Positions 1 through 10,206 of a stretch of 64,000 nucleotides of DNA are shown one piece after another; position 1 is the first letter of the stretch; each line of letters begins with the position of its first letter. Source of the DNA: an uncultured bacterium. Lineage in GTDB: Bacteria; Hydrogenedentota; Hydrogenedentia; Hydrogenedentales; CAILVY01. The DNA is taken from assembly GCA_937951485.1 (NCBI GenBank), contig CALEDJ010000015.1:45311-109310 (forward strand), in the 5' to 3' direction. Made by a program: the position numbers and the translations under genes. A model generated the notes under the pieces. It searched no databases and had not been told where the DNA came from. It was given only the letters and a program-made list of their open reading frames with translations.

Positions 1-2
1 GC

Positions 3-152
3 ACAGGAATGGGGTTGACCATCGTCAAGCGGATCGTCGAGGAGCACGGGGGCGCCATCGCCGTTGAGTCGGAACCGGGAAAGGGAACCGCGGTCCGTAT
101 TGCGCTGCCGGTCAGACACGGCGCGAAGCAGACAATATCCGAAGGGAAGTAG
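3..152 (+). CDS. Sensor histidine kinase, C-terminal fragment (HATPase_c G2 box region); the 5' end lies outside the window
   Basis: Frame 3 translates to TGMGLTIVKRIVEEHGGAIAVESEPGKGTAVRIALPVRHGAKQTISEGK then a TAG stop at 150-152. The motif pattern GLGLxIVKRIVExHGGxIxVES..G.GT.F...LP is the conserved end of histidine-kinase ATPase domains. Confidence 0.6.
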   Translation, partial: TGMGLTIVKRIVEEHGGAIAVESEPGKGTAVRIALPVRHGAKQTISEGK

Positions 153-195
153 CGGTCATTCCTGTACAGCAATGGGCAGAGGGGACGGGAACAGG

Positions 196-972
196 TCATG
201 CATTCTTTTCGACCTCCCGCATGATGGCGTCAAGAATGGCGCATATCTCCCGGCGTTGCGGTTCTTTGCCCGTGTATGGGGAACATCCTTCGAGGTCTGC
301 CCGGGCAATCTCCGGATCGAAGCAGATTGTGCCCAGAAGCGGCATTCCCTGCAACAGTCCGGTGAGACCGTTCAGGTCCATGCCGGGGGTAACCTTGTTA
401 ATTACGACGCCGAGGCGTGGAATGTGGATTTCCTCGGCGAGTTTGCGGATGGTGAGGGCGGTCTGGATACTTCTCAGGCCGGGTTCGGCCACGATAATCA
501 TCATGGACACCGCTTCGGCGGTGGCCCGCCCAAGGTGCTCCACGCCGGCTTCCATATCCAGGATGACCGCCTCTTGGGGCCGTAACAGTACATGAGTAAC
601 CAGGGCTTTGAGCAGCGCGCTTTCCGGGCAAATGCAGCCGCTTCCGCCCGTAGACACGCCGCCCAGCGTCAACAATTGCACACCGTGAATGATGCGCGCG
701 TACTTTTCCGGCAGATCGCGCACGTCCGGGTTAATCTTGAAATACGTGCCGTAGCCGCTTTTGGAGCCTGTCCGTTCGCGGATCAGGTCCTTCATCTGGC
801 TCAGGGGCGCCGGCATCTCCTCAGGAGGCACTCCCAACGCCGAGGCAAGATTTGCGTCTGGATCTGCGTCAATAGCGATCACCGGGCGTCCCTGGTCCGC
901 CAAGGTCCTGGCCAGCAATGCCGCCAATGTGGTTTTCCCTGTCCCCCCTTTTCCCGTGATTGCAATCTTCAT
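196..972 (-). CDS. cooC: CooC/AcsF-type Ni-insertion ATPase (CO dehydrogenase / acetyl-CoA synthase maturation factor)
   Basis: MKIAITGKGGTGKTT deviant Walker A and a CICP (CxC) metal-binding motif, about 258 aa. The start at 972 is preceded by GGAG. Divergent from acsB. Confidence 0.85.
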   Translation of the reverse strand: MKIAITGKGGTGKTTLAALLARTLADQGRPVIAIDADPDANLASALGVPPEEMPAPLSQMKDLIRERTGSKSGYGTYFKINPDVRDLPEKYARIIHGVQLLTLGGVSTGGSGCICPESALLKALVTHVLLRPQEAVILDMEAGVEHLGRATAEAVSMMIIVAEPGLRSIQTALTIRKLAEEIHIPRLGVVINKVTPGMDLNGLTGLLQGMPLLGTICFDPEIARADLEGCSPYTGKEPQRREICAILDAIMREVEKNA

Positions 973-1497
973 ATTCCCATCTCCTCTGTGGGTCTGCATT
1001 TCGCCATATATTGCGTCGGATTTTTCATCTCCCTTTTGTTGCAACATCATTGGTTCGGCATGTTATTCCGATGCGCCATTGTCACGCAACAGGATGTGCA
1101 GCATGCTCTCGTGGGTTGCGGAATTTCGCAAACTCTTGGGGATTGCCGTAACTCTAACCGAGGTATTGCATCTTCCCGCTTCCCGCAACCCCGGGCACCT
1201 GAGATTCCCCAGCATGGAGAAGATACGTTCTATCAGCGTCGGCATTGACCCTTCGACGATTGGAACGATTTTTTCGGCAGCCCGCCAGCAAAACGCGCCA
1301 TAGGCACAGGACTTGCTTGAATCCAAGGGAGCGGCAGAAACGTGTTTTATCTGCCTGTATTGTAGTTTTCCGGCCAGGTCAGACAGTGGCTGCAGGCATG
1401 CTTGTGGCTTGTCGAAGAAGGGCGGCATGAGGCAGAAACAACCGGCATTCGCGTCCACAGGACGAAGCGATCGCATTCAACGGGAGATTTGGGTTCT

Positions 1498-3678
1498 ATG
1501 AGTCGAAAAGTGATTGCAGCGGCGATTCGGGGTGCGCAGTCCTTTGTTGCCAGAGCGGAAAGCGAGGTGCGCACCGCCCTGGAGACCCGAGGGTCGGAAC
1601 AGCGTGTGGGTTTTCCCGGAACGGCCTTTTATCTTCCCATGGCGTATGCGCTCATGGGCATAGAAGCGCAGACAGTGGGTGACCTGCAGCTGATTGCGCG
1701 GCATTGCCGGGAACTGGTTGGCGAAGAACCTCCGGCTCGGCTATGGCTGCCCTACCTGGGGCGGGGGCTGGACAGCGGCGTTGCCACCCTGCTTGCCCAA
1801 GAAGTTATCTGCGCCTTGCGTTACCTCAGAAACGAACCCATCGAGCAGGACCATACCGGTTTCATTTCCGACACAATTCTGCGGGAGTTGGGCATTCAGT
1901 TGGTGGATGGCCGCATGCCTGGTTTTGCGGCGATTTTGGGGCCCGCCCCCACCAACGACATTGCCGTCAAAGCCGTCAGACAGTTGCAGCAGCGCAACAT
2001 CCTGTCGTTTCTCCTGTGCAACCGGGATGGCCGTTCCCTGTACGACCAACTCGTCGAGGAAGGCGTCGAGATGGGATGGAATACTTACATTGTTCCGGTG
2101 GGCCGGGATACGGAATCCGCCATTTATGTGCTGGATTGGGCGATTCGCGGCGCCCTGACGTTCGGGGGGCACAAGAAGGGGGATTTCAGGGCCTGTCTGC
2201 GCTATTGCCGCGAGCGCATCTTCGCGTTCGGCATCACCTTCGGCCCGATTCCCGACGAATGGTATGCCGTTGGCGCGGGGGCCATCGTCATGGGGTTTCC
2301 CGTGATTTCGGATGATGCCACAACGCCGGAGATTCGCCCCACGGGGGTAACCACGTACGAGGAACTGGTCCGGGAAACGGACCATGAGAAGTTAATTGCG
2401 CGCGCCATCGAAGTGCGAGGGGTGAAGGTGAAGGTGGAGACCATGGACATTCCCGTGGCGTATGCGGCGGCCTTCGAGGGCGAACGCGTGCGCCGCGAAG
2501 ACATGCACACCCAGTTCGGCGGCAAATACTCGAAGGCGGTGGAATTCCTGCGCATGCGCGATGCCAAAGACATCGAGGACGGGCGGGTGACCGTCATCGG
2601 TCCCGACCTGGACGCGACAGACGCCAGGACTTCGTTGGACCTGGGGATTCTGATCGAGGTGGCTGGGCGCAAAATGCGCCCGGACTTCGAGGGCATTCTG
2701 GAACGCCAGATGCATCGCTACCTGAACCATGCCATGGGCGTCATGCACATTGCCCAGCGCGATCAACTCTGGCTGCGCATCAGCAAGGATGCATTCAAAG
2801 CGGGTTTCCGGCTGAAGCATCTCGGGAATATTCTCCACGCCAAACTACTGGGGGAATATGGCGGGATAGTGGACCGCGTCCAAGTGACCATCTATACGGA
2901 GTCGGAGGCGGTGGAAAAACTGCTTGCAGAGGCTACCGCCGCCTTTGACGCCCGTGATGACCGGGTGCGGGGCATGATGGACGAATCGGTGGACACCTTC
3001 TATTCCTGCACGATCTGTCAATCCTACGCCCCCAATCACGTTTGCGTCATCACGCCGGAACGGTTGGGCCTGTGCGGCGCATATAACTGGCTTGACGGGC
3101 AGGCTGCCTACGAGATCAATCCTGTCGGCCCCAATCAACCCATCAAGAAAGGACGCGTTGTCAATGAGTCCTTGGGCGAATGGCAGGGTGTGAACGAATT
3201 TGTGTATGCGCACTCGAATCATGCGACGGAACGCTTCTCCGCGTATTCGCTCATGCAGAACCCGATGACATCGTGCGGATGCTTCGAAGTGATTGTCGCC
3301 ATCGTTCCAGAGTGCAATGGAGTGATTGCCGTAAACCGCGAATACCAGGGGGACACCCCCATCGGCATGCAGTTCAGCACCTTGGCCGGGTCGGTCGGCG
3401 GGGGGGCGCAGACGCCCGGCTTCGTGGGAGTGGGCCGCATGTACCTGGCGTCACGGAAATTCATCGCCGCGGAGGGCGGCCTCAAGCGCCTGGTCTGGAT
3501 GCCCAAGGACCTCAAGGAAGCCATGCGCGCATATCTGGCCGACCGCGCGCAGGAAATGGGACTGAACGGGTTCGTGGACAAGATCGCGGACGAAACCATC
3601 ACCACCGAAAGCGATGGGCTGTTGGCGCATCTTGAACGGGTGGAACACCCCGCGTTAACGATGGAACCGCTTATTTGA
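1498..3678 (+). CDS. acsB: Acetyl-CoA synthase catalytic subunit AcsB (CODH/ACS alpha, A-cluster subunit)
   Basis: C-terminal domain carries CTICQSYAPNHVCVITPE and the Cys-Gly-Cys A-cluster motif (TSCGCFE), about 726 aa. A GGGAGA RBS precedes the ATG at 1498. The upstream extension in the ORF track is non-coding. Confidence 0.9.
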   Translation: MSRKVIAAAIRGAQSFVARAESEVRTALETRGSEQRVGFPGTAFYLPMAYALMGIEAQTVGDLQLIARHCRELVGEEPPARLWLPYLGRGLDSGVATLLAQEVICALRYLRNEPIEQDHTGFISDTILRELGIQLVDGRMPGFAAILGPAPTNDIAVKAVRQLQQRNILSFLLCNRDGRSLYDQLVEEGVEMGWNTYIVPVGRDTESAIYVLDWAIRGALTFGGHKKGDFRACLRYCRERIFAFGITFGPIPDEWYAVGAGAIVMGFPVISDDATTPEIRPTGVTTYEELVRETDHEKLIARAIEVRGVKVKVETMDIPVAYAAAFEGERVRREDMHTQFGGKYSKAVEFLRMRDAKDIEDGRVTVIGPDLDATDARTSLDLGILIEVAGRKMRPDFEGILERQMHRYLNHAMGVMHIAQRDQLWLRISKDAFKAGFRLKHLGNILHAKLLGEYGGIVDRVQVTIYTESEAVEKLLAEATAAFDARDDRVRGMMDESVDTFYSCTICQSYAPNHVCVITPERLGLCGAYNWLDGQAAYEINPVGPNQPIKKGRVVNESLGEWQGVNEFVYAHSNHATERFSAYSLMQNPMTSCGCFEVIVAIVPECNGVIAVNREYQGDTPIGMQFSTLAGSVGGGAQTPGFVGVGRMYLASRKFIAAEGGLKRLVWMPKDLKEAMRAYLADRAQEMGLNGFVDKIADETITTESDGLLAHLERVEHPALTMEPLI

Positions 3679-3723
3679 TCATCATGCGCCGGCAATGGCC
3701 GGCTGATAAGGAGTACATGCGTT

Positions 3724-5067
3724 ATGGCACTCTCAGGACTTGAGATATACAAGAGCCTGCCGAAGGAAAACTGCAAAGAATGCGGCTTGCCGACTTGCCT
3801 TGCCTTTGCCATGAAGGTTGCTGCGGGGCAAGCCCCGCTCGAGAATTGTCCGCGCCTGGAACCGGGCGCGGCCGCGGCGCTCAGCGAGGCCAGTGCGCCG
3901 CCGCAACAACTGGTGAAGGTCGGTGTGGGCGACCAGGCATTTGAAATCGGCCGGGAAACAGTCCTGTACCGGCATGAGGACAAATTCCACCATCCCGCCG
4001 CGATTGGCGTTTGCGTGGATGATACGGCCGAGATTGCTGCAATCAAGGAGAAAAGCCGCGCAGTGGCGGCCATCGCCTTCGACAGGATGGGCAAAGTGTC
4101 CAAAATAGACCTGATAGCGGTCCGTCATTTGTCGGGTGATGTCGAGCGATTCGCGTTGGCGGCAAAAGCCGCGGCGGATGCGGCCGGAAGGCCGGTTGCG
4201 CTGATGGCGTCCGACCCCAACGCTTTGCGCGCGGCCGGCGGCGCATTGGCGGCCCAACGTCCGCTCTTGTGGGCCATGAACGCCCAGGCCGACATTGACG
4301 GATACATCGCCACAGCCAAGGAACTGGGTCTTCCCTTGTGCATTCAAGGCAGAGATTTTGAAGAAATATCCGCCTTGTCCGAAAAGGCTCGGGCGGCAGG
4401 TCTGAAAGAACTCATCCTCGCGCCCGAGTGCGCCACGGAAACAGACGGGCTTGCTTTCCTGACCCAAAGCCGCCGGGCGGCTATATCCAGGAAGTATCGC
4501 CCCTTGGGATATCCGGTGGCCATGACGGCGATCAACGGAAATCCTGTTCAGGCGACGGTGGCCGCCTGCTGGTACATATTGAAGTATGCCGGGATTGTGG
4601 TGACCAATGTATCCGACCCAGCCTACCTTCTGGCCATGGCGGCGTCGCGCCAGGATATCTACACCGACCCGCAGGTGCCGGTGCAGGTGAAGCCGGGAGT
4701 GCATCCCGTTGGCGACCCCGGCCCCGACGCGCCCGTGCTGGTGACCACCAATTTCGCACTGTCCTACTATTCCGTTGAATCGGAAATCACCGCCGCACGG
4801 ATACCGGCCCACATCATCGCCGTGGACACGGAAGGCACCAGCGTACTCACGGCGTGGGCTGCGGAAAAACTTACGCCGGCGTCGGTGGCGCAGACGCTGT
4901 CGGCCAGCAATCTGGACCGGCAGGTCAACCACAAGAAGATGATCATTCCCGGGCTGGTGGCCGTGCTCAGCGGCGGTATCAAGGAAGAATCCGGATGGGA
5001 TGTCATGGTGGGACCCCGCGAGGCATCCGGCATCGTGCCCTATCTCAAGAAACAATGGAGCGGATGA
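3724..5067 (+). CDS. acsC: Corrinoid iron-sulfur protein large subunit AcsC
   Basis: N-terminal LEIYKSLPKENCKECGLPTCLAFAMK [4Fe-4S] motif, TIM-barrel and C-terminal B12-binding regions, 447 aa. AAGGAG RBS. Confidence 0.85.
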   Translation: MALSGLEIYKSLPKENCKECGLPTCLAFAMKVAAGQAPLENCPRLEPGAAAALSEASAPPQQLVKVGVGDQAFEIGRETVLYRHEDKFHHPAAIGVCVDDTAEIAAIKEKSRAVAAIAFDRMGKVSKIDLIAVRHLSGDVERFALAAKAAADAAGRPVALMASDPNALRAAGGALAAQRPLLWAMNAQADIDGYIATAKELGLPLCIQGRDFEEISALSEKARAAGLKELILAPECATETDGLAFLTQSRRAAISRKYRPLGYPVAMTAINGNPVQATVAACWYILKYAGIVVTNVSDPAYLLAMAASRQDIYTDPQVPVQVKPGVHPVGDPGPDAPVLVTTNFALSYYSVESEITAARIPAHIIAVDTEGTSVLTAWAAEKLTPASVAQTLSASNLDRQVNHKKMIIPGLVAVLSGGIKEESGWDVMVGPREASGIVPYLKKQWSG

Positions 5068-5070
5068 ACC

Positions 5071-7002
5071 ATGGGCCCTTCACGCGCGAAGAAATCTTGT
5101 ACTATCCACTTTTTGCCCGGTGATGTTTCCGTGGAGGTGCCGGTTGGCACAACCATCCTGGACGCGGCGCGCGCCGCGGGCGTATTTGTCGAGAATCTCT
5201 GCGGAGGCGACGGGGTGTGCGGCAAATGCCGCGTTATTGTGCGCCGCGGTCTTGTCGGCGGTGCCGCCACAGGTTCGCTTACGCGCGAACAAATCCGGGA
5301 GGGGTACATCCTGGCCTGTGAAGCGCGGGCCGAGGGAAATGTCATCATCGAGGTGCCCACTGAATCCCAGTTGCGCGGAAAAGTCCGCAGCGCGGACGGT
5401 TCCGAACTGGGGATTCGCGAGCGGGATTACCTGGCCAGGACGCCGGAACGGCTGCACCCCCTGGTCCGGAAATACGCTCTGAAACCCGCCCCCCCGACCC
5501 TTGAGAACTGCCTGTCGGACCTGTCGCGGCTGAAGCAGAAACTTCAAGAGGTGGATGACGCCGCGGAATATCAGATGGGGCTGAAGATAATCCGCATGCT
5601 GCCGCACGTCCTTCGCGGACATGACGGCGTCGTTACGGCCACGGTGGCCCACCGCGGCGCATTGGCGGAAATCACGGACATTGTCGCCGGCGACAGCAGC
5701 GTGCCCAATCTTGCCGTGGCCGTGGATGTGGGCACGACCTCGATTGTTGCGCAACTCGTCGAGTTGGCCAGCGGCCAGACGCTGGGCACTTCGGCCAAGT
5801 ACAACTCGCAGGCGGTCTATGGTTCGGACATATTGCGGCGCATCATCTGGGCGACAGAGCACCCCAACGGCCTCGAGCAAATGCACAGCATGGTGGTGGA
5901 CGACATCAACATCCTTATCCAGGAACTCCTGGACGCAAGCCGGCTGAGCCAGAACTACATTACGTTTCTGGTTGCCGCGGGCAACACGACCATTATGCAC
6001 ACCTTGCTCGGCGTGACCCCGCAGTGGATACGACGTGAGCCATATGTCGGTGTGACCTATCACCCCCCGGCCTTGCGCGCCGCAGAACTGGGAATCACCA
6101 TCAATCCACGCGGGCTGGTCTATTGCATGCCCTGCGTGAGCGCCTTTGTGGGCGCGGATATCACGGCCGGGGTGCTGGCGGTGGGCATGCATCAGGCGGC
6201 GCGCCCCAAGATGCTGATAGACATCGGTACGAACGGCGAGATTGTCATCGGCAACCGCGACTGGATGGTGTGTGCGAGCGCATCCGCGGGGCCTGCCTTC
6301 GAGGGCGCAGGAACGCACGACGGCATGCGCGCCACCACCGGCGCCATAGATCATATCCGAGGATGGAGTGCGGGCCAGAACCTTACCTTTTCCACCATCG
6401 GGGGGGAGCCGCCGCGCGGCTTGTGCGGGACGGCTTTTGTTGATTTGCTTGCCCACCTGCTGCGTCTTGGTATCATGGACAAGACGGGAAAACTGGTCCG
6501 AAACCATCCCAGTTCCAGGGTTCGCGAGAACGGCGACGGCATGTTGGAATTTCTGGTGGTCGGCGCGGGCGAGCGCGGCGCGCCGCGCGATCTGGTCATT
6601 ACCCAAGACGATATCGAGAATCTGGTGCGCACCAAAGCGGCTGTTTACGCCGCGTCACAGGTGCTGCTGCGCGCACTGGGGCTGCAGATGGCAGATATTG
6701 AGGAGATCTATGTTGCGGGCGCTTTCGGCAATTACCTGGACTTGGAAAATGCGGTGCGCATCGGATTGCTGCCCGATGTCCCGGCGCAGAAGATGCGGTT
6801 TGCGGGCAACACCAGCCTGTTGGGTGCAAGAATGGCCGCCCTGAACAGACAGAACTATTTGGACGTGCAGAAGATCGCCAATTCGATGACGTATTTTGAA
6901 CTCAGCACGGAGCCGTCTTTCATGGAGTCTTTTCAATCCGCCTGCTTCTTCCCGCACACCAATATCGAGGAATTTCCTTCGGTCATGGCATTGGTGTCGT
7001 GA
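5071..7002 (+). CDS. acsV: Corrinoid activation/regeneration protein (RACo-type reductive activator of CoFeSP): 2Fe-2S ferredoxin domain plus ASKHA ATPase
   Basis: N-terminal plant-type ferredoxin cysteines (CGGDGVCGKC) followed by an ASKHA fold (DVGTTSIVAQL...GTNGEIVIG), 643 aa. Position between acsC and acsE is typical. Confidence 0.8.
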   Translation: MGPSRAKKSCTIHFLPGDVSVEVPVGTTILDAARAAGVFVENLCGGDGVCGKCRVIVRRGLVGGAATGSLTREQIREGYILACEARAEGNVIIEVPTESQLRGKVRSADGSELGIRERDYLARTPERLHPLVRKYALKPAPPTLENCLSDLSRLKQKLQEVDDAAEYQMGLKIIRMLPHVLRGHDGVVTATVAHRGALAEITDIVAGDSSVPNLAVAVDVGTTSIVAQLVELASGQTLGTSAKYNSQAVYGSDILRRIIWATEHPNGLEQMHSMVVDDINILIQELLDASRLSQNYITFLVAAGNTTIMHTLLGVTPQWIRREPYVGVTYHPPALRAAELGITINPRGLVYCMPCVSAFVGADITAGVLAVGMHQAARPKMLIDIGTNGEIVIGNRDWMVCASASAGPAFEGAGTHDGMRATTGAIDHIRGWSAGQNLTFSTIGGEPPRGLCGTAFVDLLAHLLRLGIMDKTGKLVRNHPSSRVRENGDGMLEFLVVGAGERGAPRDLVITQDDIENLVRTKAAVYAASQVLLRALGLQMADIEEIYVAGAFGNYLDLENAVRIGLLPDVPAQKMRFAGNTSLLGARMAALNRQNYLDVQKIANSMTYFELSTEPSFMESFQSACFFPHTNIEEFPSVMALVS

Positions 7003-7099
7003 ACGTGGCCGGCGCCTGGCGCGCCTGGCCGCTCGAGCGCGGCGGCGGTAAGGCTGCGGGGCGGTGAGCAAAATCAACCGTGGCGAGTGGAGATATCTT

Positions 7100-7930
7100 A
7101 TGTACATTATCGGCGAACGGATCAACGGGATGTTCAAGCGCGTACGCGCGGCCATCGAAGAGCAGAACAAGAGCGTTATCCAGGAGTTGGTGCGCGCGCA
7201 ACTGGAGGGCGCGGCCAATGCCCTGGACGTCAATGTAGGTCCGGCCCAGGTTGATCCGCTTGAGGCGATGCATTGGCTGATAGATACCATCAGGGAGGTG
7301 AGTGATGTCACCCTCTGTATTGACAATCCGAAATATGAGATTCAAAAGGAGGTCATTCCACGCTTGGGGCCGCGCGCCATCATCAACTCCTCGAAAGCCG
7401 ATGAGGAGGCGCTGGAGAAGTTCGTGGCGCTGGCCGCCGAGAACGACGCCAGGCTGATCGCCCTGACCATTGACAAGAAAGGAGTCCCCGCGGACGTGGA
7501 GCGGCGCGTCGAACTCGGCGCATTTATTGTCGTGAAGGCCATGGAAGGGGGGCTGCCGATGGACCATCTCTACATTGATCCCATCATTCTGCCGGTCAAT
7601 GTCGCCCCGAAGCAGCCCCAGTTTGTCCTGGAGGCGTTGCGGCAACTGAGGATACTGAGCGACACGCCGCCCCATCTCAACCTCGGCCTCTCGAATCTTT
7701 CCCAGGGATGTGCGAACCGCCCGCTGATTAACCGCTCCTATCTGGTAATGGCCGTCCTGGCCGGGTTGGATGCGGCCATAATGGATCCCCTGGACAAAGA
7801 CCTTGTGGACGCCATGATTACGGCCGAATTGCTTACGGAAAAGATGATCTATTGTGATTCATATCTCGAAGCCTACCGCATGACCAACTGCGTCGGCGTC
7901 CAGGACCGCATGGGTTGCATGAGGAGATGA
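7100..7930 (+). CDS. acsE: Methyltetrahydrofolate:corrinoid/iron-sulfur protein methyltransferase AcsE (pterin-binding domain)
   Basis: MYIIGERINGMF N-terminus typical of MeTr/AcsE and a pterin-binding TIM barrel. GGAG RBS before the ATG at 7100. Confidence 0.85.
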   Translation: MYIIGERINGMFKRVRAAIEEQNKSVIQELVRAQLEGAANALDVNVGPAQVDPLEAMHWLIDTIREVSDVTLCIDNPKYEIQKEVIPRLGPRAIINSSKADEEALEKFVALAAENDARLIALTIDKKGVPADVERRVELGAFIVVKAMEGGLPMDHLYIDPIILPVNVAPKQPQFVLEALRQLRILSDTPPHLNLGLSNLSQGCANRPLINRSYLVMAVLAGLDAAIMDPLDKDLVDAMITAELLTEKMIYCDSYLEAYRMTNCVGVQDRMGCMRR

Positions 7931-7932
7931 CC

Positions 7933-8265
7933 ATGGCAGACATGCATTGTCCGGGGCGCACCAGCGCGGTCGCCTATCTTTCAAGCGCCATGGTGCAATG
8001 CCCCGCGTGCGGCATGGAAGTGGAGATTTTCGGCGATGAAATCCGAATACGCTGTCGCTGCGGCGGCGTGGTGTTCCGCGAGGCGCTGCCCGCATGCGCC
8101 CAGTGGTGCAGGGAATCCGAGCGATGCTTCGGCCAGGCGGGCAGTTTCCCGAAGTTCCTGAAAAACGCCGGCGACTCGGAAGAAATGAAAAGGCAGGAGG
8201 CGCGTTTCCGGGAAATCCAGGCCCGCGTCATTGCCAGCCTCAGCAAGTGTTCCCAGGCAAAATAG
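7933..8265 (+). CDS. Small cysteine-rich protein (9 Cys: CPG, CPAC, CRC, CxxWCx5C), putative zinc-ribbon/metal-binding protein
   Basis: The ORF follows the acsE stop directly; a GAGGAG RBS at 7921-7926 sits 6 nt before the ATG at 7933. No family recognised. Confidence 0.45.
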   Translation: MADMHCPGRTSAVAYLSSAMVQCPACGMEVEIFGDEIRIRCRCGGVVFREALPACAQWCRESERCFGQAGSFPKFLKNAGDSEEMKRQEARFREIQARVIASLSKCSQAK

Positions 8266-8306
8266 CCGTTGCCGGGGGGCGCCGCGCATGATTTGGGAGA
8301 CTGGAG

Positions 8307-8945
8307 ATGCCCATTCCCGTCAAACAGGAAAACTACCGGATTGCCGTCAGCCAAGGCTTCGAGCAGGCCGGCGCACGGCCGGCCCCGGCCCTGGAGGCCC
8401 TGGGCGCAGAGATATGCGGCGACGGCCGATTCAGGCTGCCCGTGTTGAACAGCGTGTTCACCGTTGATCTTCCCGGCCGGGACATCTCTTTTTCCACGCC
8501 GACGCCCGAGGGGACATCCAGCGGCAGCGTGGGTGTCATGTGGCAGATTCTGGCGTTGCACTATCTCTGCGGCGATATTCCCCGGAACGATGGTTTCCGG
8601 TGGGTTTCATTTGCGGATTTCCAGGAGATTCGGGGATATCAGAGCGTGTACCAGGGGCGCGTGATCTCCCGGTTCTGCGCCACCGCCGGGCGGTCTATCG
8701 AGCAGTTCCAGCAGGCCGGGGAACGACACGGCGGCGCGCCGCTGCGGTTGGGGGATGCGGCGTATCATTTCCAAGTTTTTCCGAGATCGCCGCTCCGGGT
8801 GGTCTGGTACGCGGGCGACGGCGAATTGCCGGCGGGCGCCACCATCTTGTATCCGGACAACATTCTGACGATACTACCCTTGGAAGATGTAATCGTGCTG
8901 TCTGAAGGCCTGGTGAGCCGGCTTCAGGGAAAAGGATGGCTCTGA
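8307..8945 (+). CDS. Hypothetical protein, possibly DUF3786-type (a family that recurs in acs clusters)
   Basis: 212-aa ORF with a GGAGACTGGAG RBS, co-oriented between acsE and folD. The family assignment is from memory of the domain pattern only. Confidence 0.4.
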   Translation: MPIPVKQENYRIAVSQGFEQAGARPAPALEALGAEICGDGRFRLPVLNSVFTVDLPGRDISFSTPTPEGTSSGSVGVMWQILALHYLCGDIPRNDGFRWVSFADFQEIRGYQSVYQGRVISRFCATAGRSIEQFQQAGERHGGAPLRLGDAAYHFQVFPRSPLRVVWYAGDGELPAGATILYPDNILTILPLEDVIVLSEGLVSRLQGKGWL

Positions 8946-9026
8946 GCAAGATTGTGCAGCGGCGGTCAGGCACGAGAAGGGCGTTTCCCAACCAGCCAGG
9001 ACAGCAACAAAGGAGACGGGGCTTTT

Positions 9027-9938
9027 ATGAGCAAGAAGCGTTCGGCGAAAATCATTGACGGGAAAAAGATATCCGCAGCCATACTGCAGGACCTGAAAGA
9101 GGACATCGCGGCGTTGCGCGCGCGGGGCGTTGCGCCTGGGTTGGCGGTGGTGCTGGTGGGCGCCAACCCCGCCAGCGAGGTGTATGTGAAGGCCAAGCGC
9201 AGAACCTGCATTGACCTGGGCATCGAGTCGTTCTCGCATGACCTGCCCGAAAGTTGCACGGAAAAGCGTCTGCTGAAACTGATTGAGAAATTGAACGAAG
9301 ACCCGCGCGTTCACGGCATCCTGGTGCAGATGCCGCTGCCCGAACACATCAGCGAGAAGAAAGTGCTCGAAGCGATTTCCCCCGACAAGGACGTGGATGG
9401 CTTTCACCCCGTGAATGTGGGGCGTCTGCTCAATGGCGAGGAATGCTTCGTCTCCTGCACGCCGGCGGGCTGCCAGGCCCTGCTGCTGCGGTCAGGATAC
9501 GATCCGGCGGGAAAACATGTGGTGATCGTGGGACGATCGAATATCGTGGGCAAACCCCTGGCCGCGCTGCTGATGCAGAAGGCGAACGGGGCCAACGCCA
9601 CCGTGACGGTCTGCCATTCGCACACGCGCAATATCAGCAAAATCACCCGCGAGGCGGACATCCTGATTGCGGCCATGGGCCGGCCCGAGTTCGTCAAGCC
9701 AAACATGGTACGGGAAGGGGCTATCGTACTTGACGTGGGGGTCAACCGCATCCCCGATGCAACCAAGAAAAGCGGCACGCGGCTGGTCGGCGATGTCGCC
9801 TTTGCCGGCGTGTCCAGGAAGGCGCGGGCCATCACCCCCGTGCCCGGCGGCGTCGGGCCGATGACCATCGCCATGTTGATGACCAATACGGTCAAGGCGG
9901 CGCGCCGCGCCGCCGACCGCAAGCGAGGGCGGGCGTAG
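9027..9938 (+). CDS. folD: Bifunctional 5,10-methylene-tetrahydrofolate dehydrogenase / methenyl-THF cyclohydrolase FolD
   Basis: Start MSKKRSAKIIDGKKISAAILQDLKEDIAALRARGVAPGLAVVLVGANPASEVYVKAK..; internal motifs HGILVQMPLP and GVGPMTIAML. An AAAGGAG RBS precedes the ATG at 9027. Confidence 0.9.
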   Translation: MSKKRSAKIIDGKKISAAILQDLKEDIAALRARGVAPGLAVVLVGANPASEVYVKAKRRTCIDLGIESFSHDLPESCTEKRLLKLIEKLNEDPRVHGILVQMPLPEHISEKKVLEAISPDKDVDGFHPVNVGRLLNGEECFVSCTPAGCQALLLRSGYDPAGKHVVIVGRSNIVGKPLAALLMQKANGANATVTVCHSHTRNISKITREADILIAAMGRPEFVKPNMVREGAIVLDVGVNRIPDATKKSGTRLVGDVAFAGVSRKARAITPVPGGVGPMTIAMLMTNTVKAARRAADRKRGRA

Positions 9939-10206
9939 TCTGCCATTTTGCTTGTTTTCGCGCTTTCGCGCAACCCGGGATTGCGTGTGCAGCATCATGC
10001 CCCTGCATCGTGCTTCAGCGGCAAGGCATGCGGGCGACTGATCTTGGCAATCCGGCATGTAATCGGCCATTTTGTGGCTAATTTGACAAAGTTATTTGTC
10101 ATATTGACAATTGACGATTGAGAGGCTGATCGATTTCCGGGGGGCAGGCGTGGGGGCGATCTCATATTTTTTGAAAACAGGCTTTATTTATTGACTGATT
10201 GGGGTC

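Noticed and set aside
64-631. Plus-strand and minus-strand ORFs inside the cooC locus (64-585, 221-595, 398-631)
   Set aside because: They overlap the strongly supported cooC gene on the opposite strand or in a different frame and lack conserved motifs.
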